Source: Azolla caroliniana (Eukaryota > Plantae > Polypodiophyta). Taken from it: a stretch of 64,000 bases of DNA. Both the position numbers and the translations under genes were made by a program. Positions 26,952-38,136 of this stretch are shown here, piece by piece (the stretch's first letter is position 1; every line of letters begins with the position of its first letter). The notes under the pieces were generated by a model that had not been told where the DNA came from, did not search any database, and saw only the letters and a program-made list of their open reading frames with translations. The stretch covers positions 6,448,001 through 6,512,000 of the forward strand of contig JBHGNT010000007.1 in NCBI GenBank assembly GCA_043228905.1, in the 5' to 3' direction.

Positions 26952-29900
26952 TTACATAGCAATCAATTCATCAACGTCATTTTCTTCATCATCTTGTGTA
27001 GAACTGTCTTCGGCTATACGTGCATTGGTTTCCCCTGTTAGCCGAGCCAACGAAATATCTTCTATAAGCTCATCATCAAGCTCTATTAGCTCCCCCGGTT
27101 CGCCGGCTAACGGAGGAATAGGCTCTCGCGAAGCAGGTTGCAACCTTTCTGTATTGGCGAGGTTCTTTGCACCGACCTCCTCATCCTGGTCTAGGCACTC
27201 CCACAAAGCCTTAATCCGCATATTAATAAATATAACTTGGTCCTCGTCCTTCTCCAATGCAACTGTATTTCTAAACAGCTTCAATGCACATGCTGACGTA
27301 GTTCCTATGATGTAAGTAACAAGAAGATTTAGTTGTCAAACGAAAAAAAAGTGATTGGTTATCTCAAGATCGTTACCCTAGTTCGAGGAATACCTGTGCC
27401 AGAAAAGAGATCTAATATCCAGTCTCCTTCGACAGAAAACATCTTGATCAAGCGCATCATAAGTCGTTGAGGTTTTTGGTATGGGTTGACAAGTCCCCGT
27501 TCTGTCGTGGTGACATGTCGCAATTTCCGAGTCACTGCTGGATATACCAACAGATTTGAACCTCCCACTTCATTAGAATGCTCTTTGATTCTCTGTTTCT
27601 TAATTTCATCGAAGTAGCCAACCGTTATGTATTCAATGGCATTAACGAACCGAAAAGTTGGCCCTCTATTTACATTGGTCTTGATCCTATAAAAAATAAT
27701 TCATCGAGTTAAGAATAGATTCAACAACCTTAAGAATTGCAATATAATGAAAGACACCTATAAATAATCCTTACCATGCAAGGTTCTCGATGCCATGGCA
27801 ACGAGATCTCAAAGCTTGAGCTACCGAGTACCCTTGGTCCATACTATGAAAGACAACTATTCGCCACAAGGATGCGGTCGTTAGCTCAACGAAATCCTTG
27901 ACCATCTTCTCCAATTGTTTAAACCTAAACGGTTCATCGTCGTATGATGACCCAGCCATTCGAAATCCGTAAGGAATATCCGCAATCATTAGCGTATATT
28001 CCTTCTTTGGCACCTTCTGGATCAAGTCGATGACATCACCGCAAACCACATTGTAGTAAAGATCTCTCGTAATATCTTTTTTGTGGCTAAAATTTTTAAA
28101 CGAGCCATCTTTCTCCATTTCGTACGCCTTGACTAAGCGACGATCCTTTTCTTTTCTGGCTCGCTCGAGATGTGCAAGGAAGGATGTAGGGAAATCGTGT
28201 ATATCCTTAACTTCTCCTTGTTTCTTGCCTCGACACGGTTTCTAATAGAAGCAATAGGACATCAGGTATTATTATACAAGCTCTACATATGATGAAAGGG
28301 TAATGAAAAAACATGAATACTAACCCAATCCTTGAATGCAATAAAATACTTTGATAACGCCTTATACGAAGACGTTAGAGGATAATCCTCGGTCACTTGT
28401 TCCCAAGTTATACATCCAAGTTGTTTCATCATAACTTCTTGGATCTTCATGTACACCTTATGACTTTAAAATTAGAAATCAAGATTAGAACTTTGAATTA
28501 CACCAGATAGACTACAATTTCAGTATTTGAAAGACTTACTTATTGAACTCAGTGACCATTTCTTCAAGGCTTAAATCTTTCGCCACAACCCTTGACAAAA
28601 CCGACACAAGAAGCTGCTCGTCCTTAATACCTTGCATCGCTCTCCATAGAGACAGCTTCATGTCGTCTGCCGCTTCTTCAATTGTCAAGTCAATTTTCTT
28701 GGCGGCTTGTGACTTTAACTCTAGTTGAGGGTCAACCCTACATTTCTTTTGTCGTTGACCCTTTACCTCCTTATTCTCCCACATTGAGAAGATTTGATCT
28801 TGTAGGTCCCATACTTCTCCATCTCTAAACGCCAATTGAAACCAAGACTCATACTTTCGAAGACCATCGGACCTAACATTATCATCTACCACAATGCCGA
28901 CTTCATGCAGACATTGACGTCGAAGGCCTGGATGTAACTTCACACCAAACTTTTGTTTCACATCTAAATACTCGTGGTGGAAGAACCGTATACGCTCAAT
29001 AGACGACATTTTCTGCCTATAGTCATTATCATTATTATGGTCCCATGCCAACAGCTTAGCCTCTTCGGTTGTGAGCCCAACATAAATTTTGCACTCGGCA
29101 TACTTGAAGAAGAAAGTGGTTGGATGTTCTCTCACAAGTTGCCGACGTGCCTCTGCTGAATGCGATCCACCAATGACAAAATAATTATATTGATCATGCT
29201 TTCTAATATCAAAATCTTCAATGGTTTCACATTCTTCAGGATCAACCATAACAATAAAAGGCACCACAGTGGCATGAGGATTAATTTTCATTTTTTTCTT
29301 GAGATTTTGAACATGCATGCGGTGAGGCTCTCTAATCTCAAGTGGTCGTCGACATGTTTTTTCATCAATAGGGGGCCGATGGATGTGTGTTATAGGCAAA
29401 TTAAATACTTGCCCTTTCCTGACCAGCTTCCGTTGCATTAACTCTCTCCTTATTTTATTCTGCTCGGATGACAAAACACCCGAGGCCAGCTCGGCTCCTG
29501 GCGTCCCCTTATTATCCTCTTCTTCATTTTCACTTGTTGAATCCGTATCCGACATTTTCGTTGTCTTCTTCTTTGCTGGTCTTGACTGGACTTTGGATAC
29601 CTTTTTTGTGGCCTTCAATGGGGAGGGCACTTCATCTCTTAGAGTTACATGGCCTTGTATATAAGGCCTCAAGGTAACAATAAGGTTTTGTGAGATATCA
29701 AGTGCTTTTTTGAACACTTCAGGCCCACAAGATTCCTTTACTAAAAGGTCTTCTAAAAGGAACACTTTACGTACCCCCTTGGAGCACTCTATCATTACCA
29801 GTATGTTGGCCGAATCTGCATCTTCGTAGTCAAATCGTAGAATACGGCCATACATAAATGGGGTTTCTTTTCCAAGCTGCCCCTCACCCTTCTTCTTTGC

Positions 29901-31348
29901 TGTATACAATACGACTTTTTTCTTTGAGTCGACATATTGCATACACCATTCCTTGTCCGTTAGATCTCGGTCAGGAAGGTCTTCGCCTCCAGAAGTGGCG
30001 ACAAGTTTCTTTTGGCTAACATCACTATGTGGCTGAGATTTTGTCTCTTCGTTAAAGAGAAGCTTTTTTCCTCTCTTCATGGTCTCAAGAGCTACCTTGG
30101 TCTGGGCTTCGATTGGAGAACCTTGTATGCAAAGCTTAATTTTCTTCACGGGTCGGTCCGACAGGTTCTCAAACGACCTATTTAAGAAAGTATATGCAAA
30201 AACATAAGTTAGGTAGTCACGTAGATTGAGGTTGTATATTATAATGAAGAACAGTTTCCAGGAGCAGTAACATATTCAAAAATCTATTATAGGCAGGGCT
30301 ATTCAACCTAGAAAATATATATCGTAATAAGTAAAACGGGTTATATATTCTTTTAAATAGTAGGTATGACTTATATAGATTCTAAACCTATATTGAGGAG
30401 AATTTGCCATAGTAAAGGCAATTTGTGGATCATTTTCTACTATTTTAAGCTAAAGTAGGTCATAAAACATCTATAATTAGAGCATGTATTTCTTTAAAAG
30501 TAAGTAAAGTCAACATAAAAAAGACTGATTTTGCCAGACAATTTGATATCATTTCCACCCCATAAACGATTTTTCTCTCTCAAAGCCTTCTTATATACAG
30601 GGACTCGATACGCCGTATCGAGTTCGTGTTTAAAACCTACACTTTAAACAGGAACTCGATACGCCGTATCGAGTTCGTGTTTAAAGTTTGAATTTTAAAT
30701 AGGAACTCGATACGCCGTATCGAGTTCGTGTTTAAGACCTACACTTTAAACAGGAACTCGATACGGCGTATCGAGTTCGTGTTTAAAACCTACACTTTAA
30801 ACAGGAACTCGATCCTACACTTTAAACAGGAACTCGATACGGCGTATCGAGTTCCTGTTTAAAGTGTAGGTTTTAAACACGAACTCGATACGCCGTATCG
30901 AGTTCTTGTTTAAAGTGTAGGTTTTAAACACGAACTCGATACGCCGTATCGAGTTCTTGTTTAAAGTGTAGGTTTTAAACACGAACTCGATACGCCGTAT
31001 CGAGTTCGTGTTTAAAACCTACACTATAAATAGGAACTCGATACGGCGTATCGAGTTCCTTTTTAAAATTCAAACTTTAAACACGAACTCGATACGGCGT
31101 ATCGAGTTCGTGTTTAAAGTGTAGGTTTTAAACACGAACTCGATACGGCGTATCGAGATTCTTTTTGAAACCTACACTTTAAACACGAACTCGATACGCC
31201 GTATCGAGTTCGTGTATAAATATTTGTATTGTATACATGAACTCGATACGGCGTATCGAGTTCTTGAGAAACGAAACATATTTACAAAAATGTCCACAGT
31301 GTCAGAGGCCTACCTGGAGTCCTCGCGCTCGATTCTCTTTGAAGACAT
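26952..31348 (-). CDS. ParB/Srx-like domain fused to a beta-class N6A/N4C DNA methyltransferase; 6 exons, 974 aa
   Basis: Exons 31348-31314, 30177-28540, 28463-28325, 28241-27775, 27686-27394 and 27304-26952; all introns GT-AG and phase-compatible (2925 nt). ParB-like segment EIREP..HVQNLKKKM..VPFIVMV..YFVIGGSHSAEARRQL. MTase motif IV LMIADIPYG precedes NPYQKP and motif I GDWILDLFSGTGTT, then RNTVALEKD. Confidence 0.88.
30594..31265. repeat. Tandem array of 13 full and 1 truncated 51-bp palindromic units inside intron 1 of the inner ParB-MTase gene
   Basis: Core GAACTCGATACG(C/G)CGTATCGAGTTC flanked by TTTAAACA(C/G)...(C/G)TGTTTAAA. Cores start at ~30601, 30652, 30703, 30754 and so on; the spacer orientation flips within the array. 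Confidence 0.95.
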
Positions 31349-31464
31349 GGTTGATCGTGTTGAAGTGGAGGCGGAGATTGCGCTTTCGTGCTTTGTGCTC
31401 TGAGCGCTTTGTGTGCTTTGTGTGCTCTCTACGTTCTGTGTGCTCTGTACGCTCTGTACGCTCT

Positions 31465-32171
31465 GGTGAGTGAAATATGACGAGGTCTTCCTATTTATAG
31501 GGATTGAACACATTGGTTAAAGTAACCATAGTCACCTTAACCAAGGTTGGTAACTTTGAGGATAGTTAGTGGGTAACCATAGTCACATTAACTAGAGTAA
31601 CTTATGATTGTATTAATGATTACAAAGTCAAACTAACATATTGATCAATCTTTTATAGTCATAACAACCTACAATGACTTCAAAGGTTATGAAGGAGACA
31701 ATGATAGAGGTTCATGAATGTACCAATGATTGATTACTAAAAGCAACAATTTTTATGACTCTCAAATGTTATGTATTAAAGATGTGGGCATGAATTAACC
31801 AATGATTGATAAGTCTAATATTTAAAATGGTGAGCATTAAAGAACCAATGCGTGAGACGTTCTATATCAAAATGGGTGCCATTAATTAGCCAATGATTTT
31901 AACATTAATCCAACATATTCATGGCTTGTTAATGATTAGTTTTATATTTTACTTGATTTAACATCATTTAGATCTAGTTTATATAATGATTGATAATTTA
32001 AGTACAATTACTTTATTAAAAATAATTTTTAGATGTATTGTATTAATAGAATATTACATAATATAGACATTCTATTGATTTGGCTTTTGTTTAGAGAGAA
32101 GTTTATGTTTAGGGAGGAGTATATGTTTAGAGAGGAGTATAACTTAGAGAGCCCTATCTAGACCTTAAGCC
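31465..32171. promoter_or_regulatory. Divergent promoter region of the inner element
   Basis: TATAAAT on - at ~31493-31499, ~145 bp before the MTase-gene ATG. Repeated CCAATG boxes at ~31723, 31799, 31845 and 31890 lie upstream of the transposase ATG. Confidence 0.55.
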
Positions 32172-34952
32172 ATGAGTGAAGATTCACCGTTCTCGATTGA
32201 AGAATATTGTTTGTCATCAGACCCATCGTTTTCTACTGAAGAGTATTGTTTGTCAACAGAGTCACCATATTCGATTGAAGAATATTGTCTGTCGACCGAC
32301 TCACCATATTCTATCGAAGAATATTGTCTGAGCTCATCTACAGGGAATGTAAATAATGACACATGTGAAGAGTTCTCTATTGAAGAATACGATATTAATA
32401 AAGATACCGAGAATGAAGGAAGTGCCCGGGAAACATTGAATAACATTGGCGATGGTCACAACAGAGAATTAGACTGTAACAAGGTTACACCAACCTCTAT
32501 GCAGGAAGAGAAATCTGGGAGCCCTATGCATATTAGAAGAATCCCACGAAGAATTCGTCTGGCTAGATTTAGCTTGGTGACATCAGATAAACAGATTGGA
32601 TTTGATGTCAACAAAATATGTTGTGCCCGTGGTTGTATGTCTATGATTGGAAAATCAAAGTTGCGAGAATTAAGGCGATACTATTTTTCGATGATCGGTG
32701 ATGAGCAAGACACTTACCTCGGATCACATATGCAACTAGTATCTGACAAATGTACGGGGATCAAAGTATCATTCGAGTATTATATCTTCCATGCGCAACA
32801 GATATGTAGAGTTGCATTCAAAATTGCGTTATGTGTTAGTAACATGCGGCTACATAGAGTACAACAACGTCTACTTAGCGGGGATCAGATGCTCAATTGT
32901 AAAGAGGTTCCAAGTATGAAAGGTGCAATTGGAAGACTAGCTATTGGCTGGATGAAAACTTACTTTCAGTTAAATTGTGAAGTAATGCCCACTACAGGTA
33001 GGATGCATCTTTCTGATAATTATACCCGTCGGGAAGTTTATGATGTCTATCGATCTGAAATGCTGGGCTCACGTAATAAGTCTATCACCTACAGCCAATT
33101 CACAAGATTATGGAGAGCTCGGTTTTCAAATGTTATTATTCCTCGTAAAGTACGTATGGGGTATTGCTCCATTTGTGCAAATCTTAAAAGTTTGGCTAAA
33201 GGTGCAAAGACATCAATGGAAAAGGATACGAGTAAGAAGTTACTACAAGAGCATCGTGAGGCACAATCCTTAGAACGAAGGAAGGCGATGCATCATAGAG
33301 AGAAGTGTTTGAAGAGGCCTGAACAATACATGTGCTTAATGATAGATGGCATGGACCAGAAGAAGACATGCTTGCCGCATATGCGGAGGCTCCCCAAAGA
33401 TGTCAATGATGAGTGCCTTGTTCAAATGCACTTGGTGGGATGCTTGGCTTATAATAGGTCTGTTCGACCTCACGTCTTCATTACTTACCCCAATGTTCAC
33501 AATGACCCTAACCTAACAGTTACAGTGATTCACCAAGTTTTGATGTCTTGGGGACAACCTTTCCCCCCTGTTCTATACATTCAATTGGACAATACTGCTA
33601 GAGAGAACAAAAATTCAACTGTATTTGGCTATCTAAGTATGTTGGTCAACCTAGAATTGTTTAGGAAAGTGAAAGTCAATTTCCTTTTGGTTGGCCACAC
33701 ACATGACCATATAGATCAGATGTTTAGCACATTCTCTAGACAGTTGTCTCGGCATGATGCTTTCACTTTACCTAAACTATTTGATGTCATTTGTGATGCA
33801 TATACACCACGCCCAAAAGTGTTACACTTTAAGGAGGTATATGACTTTAAGAGATATATATTAGATGGGGGTGGTGGGAATGTTAAAGTGCTTGCTCAGT
33901 TAAACAATATAAGTTTCAATCACATTTTTTTGATAAAGAAAAATGGAATAAGTGGTTCTACACTTTTGTATGCTAAACAATATTCATCTTCTACAACATG
34001 GGAACCTGAAGGTGGTTGCCAGTTATTACTTTGTATGCCGAGTACAATTGTCCATGGAGCTAAGCAAATGCCAATTGAGAAGAAAGGACAGTTGCAGAGC
34101 GACTTGGTATCAGAACAAAAACGGTCATGGCTCCAAGCCTTAGAAGAAAAAAGAAAGCATATTGAGGCCGCCAAGAAATATGCCGCACAACAAGACACGT
34201 CATGGTGGGATGTATTTTATAGTGATAAGAAAGAAATTATAGACAATTGTGTATCTGTTGATAATTGGAATTTGGAAACGCCATTCACATGGTCGCTGCA
34301 ACATGATCGCGTAAATAGAAGTCCGGAGCGACTAGTAAATGCGATTAATGACAACTTGGTCCATCCACAACAAAGAGACATTTATGTGGGACCAAGGATG
34401 ACCAAAGCAGCCGAAGCTAGATGGCAAGGAAATTTGCAAGAGCTCACCGCGGGGATGTTGATTGCAACGCCGGCTGATGAGAACTCACATGGCCACCAAT
34501 TTTGGGTTGGTAAAATTCTAGAAGTGCTAATGCATGAAATAGAAAACACGATCAAGTCTATAAATGTTCATTGGTACAACACTAGAAGTGCAAATGCTTT
34601 TACAGGTAAGTATACATTGGAGATGATTGAATGCCAAACAAGAAGGGGAGGTAGGAAGAGGAAGCGAAACATTCGTAACACCTCGACCCTTGATATCTCT
34701 GATGTGGATATCATCGTGTACGACTTCACACTTACAAAAGCCGGACGATTAAGGAAGTCAACAATAGATATAATAAAAGAAAAATTACCAGGTCTACAAG
34801 GTGGCTCGAGTCAAAGGCAAACGAGATCTGCTACATATAATCTAGAGTCAAACCATTTGGTTTATGACGAAGATAATGCACTGATTGGTACATCCGAGGA
34901 TGATGAGGAGGAATCGTCATTGTATATTAGTTATAGTAGTGATTCTCCGTAA
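32172..34952 (+). CDS. Sola-like DDD transposase (DUF7869-type core), 926 aa, intact and intronless
   Basis: Cys/His motifs (CCARGC, ICRVAF, YCSICANL..H); putative catalytic motifs MIDGMDQKK, QLDNTARENKN and FLLVGHTHDHIDQMFS; lies within TIRs with a 4-bp TSD; C-terminal FWVGKILEV..INVHWY module. Confidence 0.85.
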   Translation: MSEDSPFSIEEYCLSSDPSFSTEEYCLSTESPYSIEEYCLSTDSPYSIEEYCLSSSTGNVNNDTCEEFSIEEYDINKDTENEGSARETLNNIGDGHNRELDCNKVTPTSMQEEKSGSPMHIRRIPRRIRLARFSLVTSDKQIGFDVNKICCARGCMSMIGKSKLRELRRYYFSMIGDEQDTYLGSHMQLVSDKCTGIKVSFEYYIFHAQQICRVAFKIALCVSNMRLHRVQQRLLSGDQMLNCKEVPSMKGAIGRLAIGWMKTYFQLNCEVMPTTGRMHLSDNYTRREVYDVYRSEMLGSRNKSITYSQFTRLWRARFSNVIIPRKVRMGYCSICANLKSLAKGAKTSMEKDTSKKLLQEHREAQSLERRKAMHHREKCLKRPEQYMCLMIDGMDQKKTCLPHMRRLPKDVNDECLVQMHLVGCLAYNRSVRPHVFITYPNVHNDPNLTVTVIHQVLMSWGQPFPPVLYIQLDNTARENKNSTVFGYLSMLVNLELFRKVKVNFLLVGHTHDHIDQMFSTFSRQLSRHDAFTLPKLFDVICDAYTPRPKVLHFKEVYDFKRYILDGGGGNVKVLAQLNNISFNHIFLIKKNGISGSTLLYAKQYSSSTTWEPEGGCQLLLCMPSTIVHGAKQMPIEKKGQLQSDLVSEQKRSWLQALEEKRKHIEAAKKYAAQQDTSWWDVFYSDKKEIIDNCVSVDNWNLETPFTWSLQHDRVNRSPERLVNAINDNLVHPQQRDIYVGPRMTKAAEARWQGNLQELTAGMLIATPADENSHGHQFWVGKILEVLMHEIENTIKSINVHWYNTRSANAFTGKYTLEMIECQTRRGGRKRKRNIRNTSTLDISDVDIIVYDFTLTKAGRLRKSTIDIIKEKLPGLQGGSSQRQTRSATYNLESNHLVYDEDNALIGTSEDDEEESSLYISYSSDSP
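32175..32340 (+). repeat. Four 39-bp (13-aa) coding repeats at the transposase N-terminus
   Basis: SEDSPFSIEEYCL SSDPSFSTEEYCL STESPYSIEEYCL STDSPYSIEEYCL. Confidence 0.9.
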
Positions 34953-35310
34953 AGGAGTGATCATGAATGTATATTTGGCTATTAAGTGTAACTACATTCC
35001 GCTTGTAACAAATCGAGTAATATAAAATCATGTGTTTTGAATTCTTATGATTTCTAAAAAATCGTTTCTTATAAAATAACATTGGTTGTAAAGTTTGTGA
35101 TATAAATTGAGAATGTATGTTTTTGAAATTCGTCTTTTTTTAGTTACTTCTAAATCACGAAAATAGTGGATTTTTAACCTTTTTCATAGTATGTTTGAAC
35201 TTGTATGATACTGGTATCAATGTGTTTTGTAAAATCATTGAAAAACCCCTAAAATTTCCCTTATCCTTCCATTTATGCGCGATCCTTCCACTTGTGAACG
35301 CGAACGTGTT

Positions 35311-37840
35311 TGACACCATGTTTGGGATTTTCTCCTTTATTATCTTGATAGTTGCTTGTCTTAGATGACCTGATTTTGTCAATGAGAAGTCATATAATAG
35401 TATGTCAACACGGTCTAGTGCGAGAGTAGCCGTGCTCAGTATATTCTTTCTTCTTCTCTTTCTGCTTGAACATCCGACATCCTTAACCATCTCTAAAGAA
35501 TACTTTCCTGTAAATGCAATAGTTGAATTTGTCTGATACCAATGGACTACCATTGACTTTGTCTGACTACTTTCTTCATCCCTTACTAATTCAATAATTT
35601 TTGCAATCCAAAATGGATGGCCCAAGGTATCGTCCCCTGCTAATGTTGCAACCAACATTCCCACTTGTAGTTCTTGCGAATAACCTTGCCATCTTGCCTC
35701 AACAGTACGTGACTTTCTTGGTCCCACATAAATATCTCTTTGCAGTGGCCGAACTAAATCATGAAGCTCCATATTATTCGATTATTGGTGATGAGTCTGC
35801 GATATCGTTGATGTCATCCCAATGTTCCATGTGAATGGGATACGGACTAGCCATAAACCGGCGATGTAATTATCTAAAATGGTGCGTTGATGGGTGAAGA
35901 AAATCTCCCACCATTCAACATCCTCATCACCGGCATACTTCTTAGTCCGATCAATATTATTTTGTTTCTCTGCTAGACATCTCAACCAATATGCCCTTTG
36001 TTCATCAATAGTACTATTTGGTGCTACATTTTTACGATCATCATATGGCATTTGTTGTGCACCATGTAGAGGTTCATCTGGGATATGAAGAAGGAGCCTA
36101 CAACCTTCTTGGGGCTCCCATTGTGCACTAGATGAGTATTGTTTCGCAAACAACACCGTCATCTTCAGGTGGGCCGATCTTTGTTTTATGAGGAAGACAT
36201 GGTTGAAACTTATATTATTAAGAGTTGCAAGCACCCTACCTTTAGTCCCTTCACTATCCATGCAGAAACGTTTAAAGTCGTATACTTCTTCCAAGTGTTG
36301 TACTTCAGGCTTTGGTGTATATGCTTCACTAATCAATTTGGATAGCGTGGGAAGTGTGAAAGCATTACAGTGAGCAAGTTTCTTTGAGAACCTACTGAAC
36401 ATTTGATCTATGTGATCATGGGTATGACCAACCAACAAGAAGTTAACCTTTATCTTTTTAAATATGCCCCTCTCTACTAGCATGCTTAGATAGCCGAAGA
36501 CAGTTGAGTTCTTATTCTCTCTTGCTGTGTTGTCTAGTTGCACATATAGAACTGGCGGGAGTATACCTGACCATGATTGCAATACCCTGTGCATGACAGT
36601 GACAGTAAGATTAGGGTCGTTGTGGATATTGGGATAAGTTAAGAACACTTGCAGTCTTATAGTTTGACAGTATGTCAAACAACCCACTAGATGCATTTGC
36701 ACGAGACACTCATCTCCAATATCCTTGGGGAGTCTTTGAAAATGCGGCAAACAAGTTTTCTTTTGATCCATGCCGTCAATAATCATGCACATATACTTTT
36801 CGGGAGATTGAAACGCTTTTTGTCGGTGATGCATAGCCTTAGTACGTTCCAATGCCTGACTTTCACGATGTTCTTTTAACAGGTTCTTGTAATTCTTGAT
36901 CTCTACATCTGATTTTCCACCCTTGGCCATACTTTTTAAACTCGCACATATTGAGCAGACTCCCATTCGCACCTTTCGTGGGATAACCACGTTATTAAAT
37001 TGTAACCTCCATAGTCGATTAAAATGCATGTACTGTATGTAAGGCTCAACATCGGAAGACATGTCGTCCTTGTACGATTGGTAAACTTCCCTTCGAGTAA
37101 AGTTATCTGACAAATGAAGTCTTCCTGTCGTTGGCATAACTTCGCACTGTTTTGAAAAATATACCTCCATCCACCTAATTGCCTGTTGCCCAATTTGACC
37201 CTTACATCCAGAACCATTTTGATCGAACTGTACCCAGGAGCCCTTCACAAGTCGCTCTTGAACTCGTTGCAGCCGCATATTTCCAATGCTATGAGTGATT
37301 TTAAAAGCTGCTCGACAACACTTGGTATATAGTCCAAGGAAATATTCAACTTGCGTTGCATTAGGCCCTGTTTTGTGATCCAATTTAAGTTGCATATGCG
37401 CAAGAAGAAATGTATCTTGCTCTTCCCCATTAAGCGACAAGTATTTTTGTCGTGTTTCATGTAACCTTGACTTTCCATAAGTTGATAGACAGAGATTCAC
37501 ACAACACGATTTGTTCAAGTCGCATAGAAGTTGACGATCAGAACATAAGAAATTAAATCTCTTTTCACTAACTTGTCAAGGAACTCTTTTAAATGCTAGA
37601 GGTTTAGTAATGCTATTGTTATCTATCGACGAAGAATCGTCCGCTTGTAAGCTTGCATGAAGAGGGCCATCAACAGGATCAATTGAAAACAGAGAATTCG
37701 AAGTACTAGGAGCCACACTTTTTTGTTTAAGCCGCGAATGTTTTTTGTGGTCGTACTCTTCTATTGAGAAATACGAGTTATCTGACAATGAAAAGGGGGC
37801 AATAGAAAAAAGAGATGTTCTACTTGTAGAAGAAGATATT
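35311..37840 (-). pseudogene. Outer-element transposase pseudogene
   Basis: Collinear homolog of the 926-aa protein (IIDGMDQKKTCLPH, QLDNTARENKNSTVFGYL, GHTHDHIDQMFS, FWIAKI..VVHWY). In-frame stops at 37576-37578 and 35782-35784; interrupted by the inner element. Confidence 0.9.
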
Positions 37841-38136
37841 TGAGGGAGTCTAACTATATTCTAAAACCTTCTTTTGAGAAAATTAAGGAATGCTAAAGCC
37901 TAACTATATAACTACCCGAACACTTAGATTAACTATATTATTTTCCGAAATTTTCCTAAAAAACAAATAATTAAATATTATTTTTTATTTTAAAAAGAAT
38001 GCTAAAGTCTTCTATATAAGCAAGTTAGAAATTTCATTTTCATTATCACATGAAAGAATCCATCGAGCTCAGAGCACAGGCCAATTTTCGAGCACTCAGA
38101 AGCACATCGTGGATAGCACTACCTCCGGCACAAACC

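Larger units (their letters stand above)
25904..35310. mobile_element. Inner Sola-like TIR DNA transposon (9407 bp), apparently intact and autonomous
   Basis: TIR AACACGTTCGCGTTCACAAGTGGAAGGAT(T/C)GCGCAT (35/36 match); 4-bp TSD TGAC (25900-25903 and 35311-35314); contains two uninterrupted genes. Confidence 0.93.

Noticed and set aside
30594-31265. CRISPR array
   Set aside because: The intervening sequences are short and repeated (acctacac / gtttgaatt) rather than unique spacers; there are no cas genes; the array is in a eukaryotic intron.
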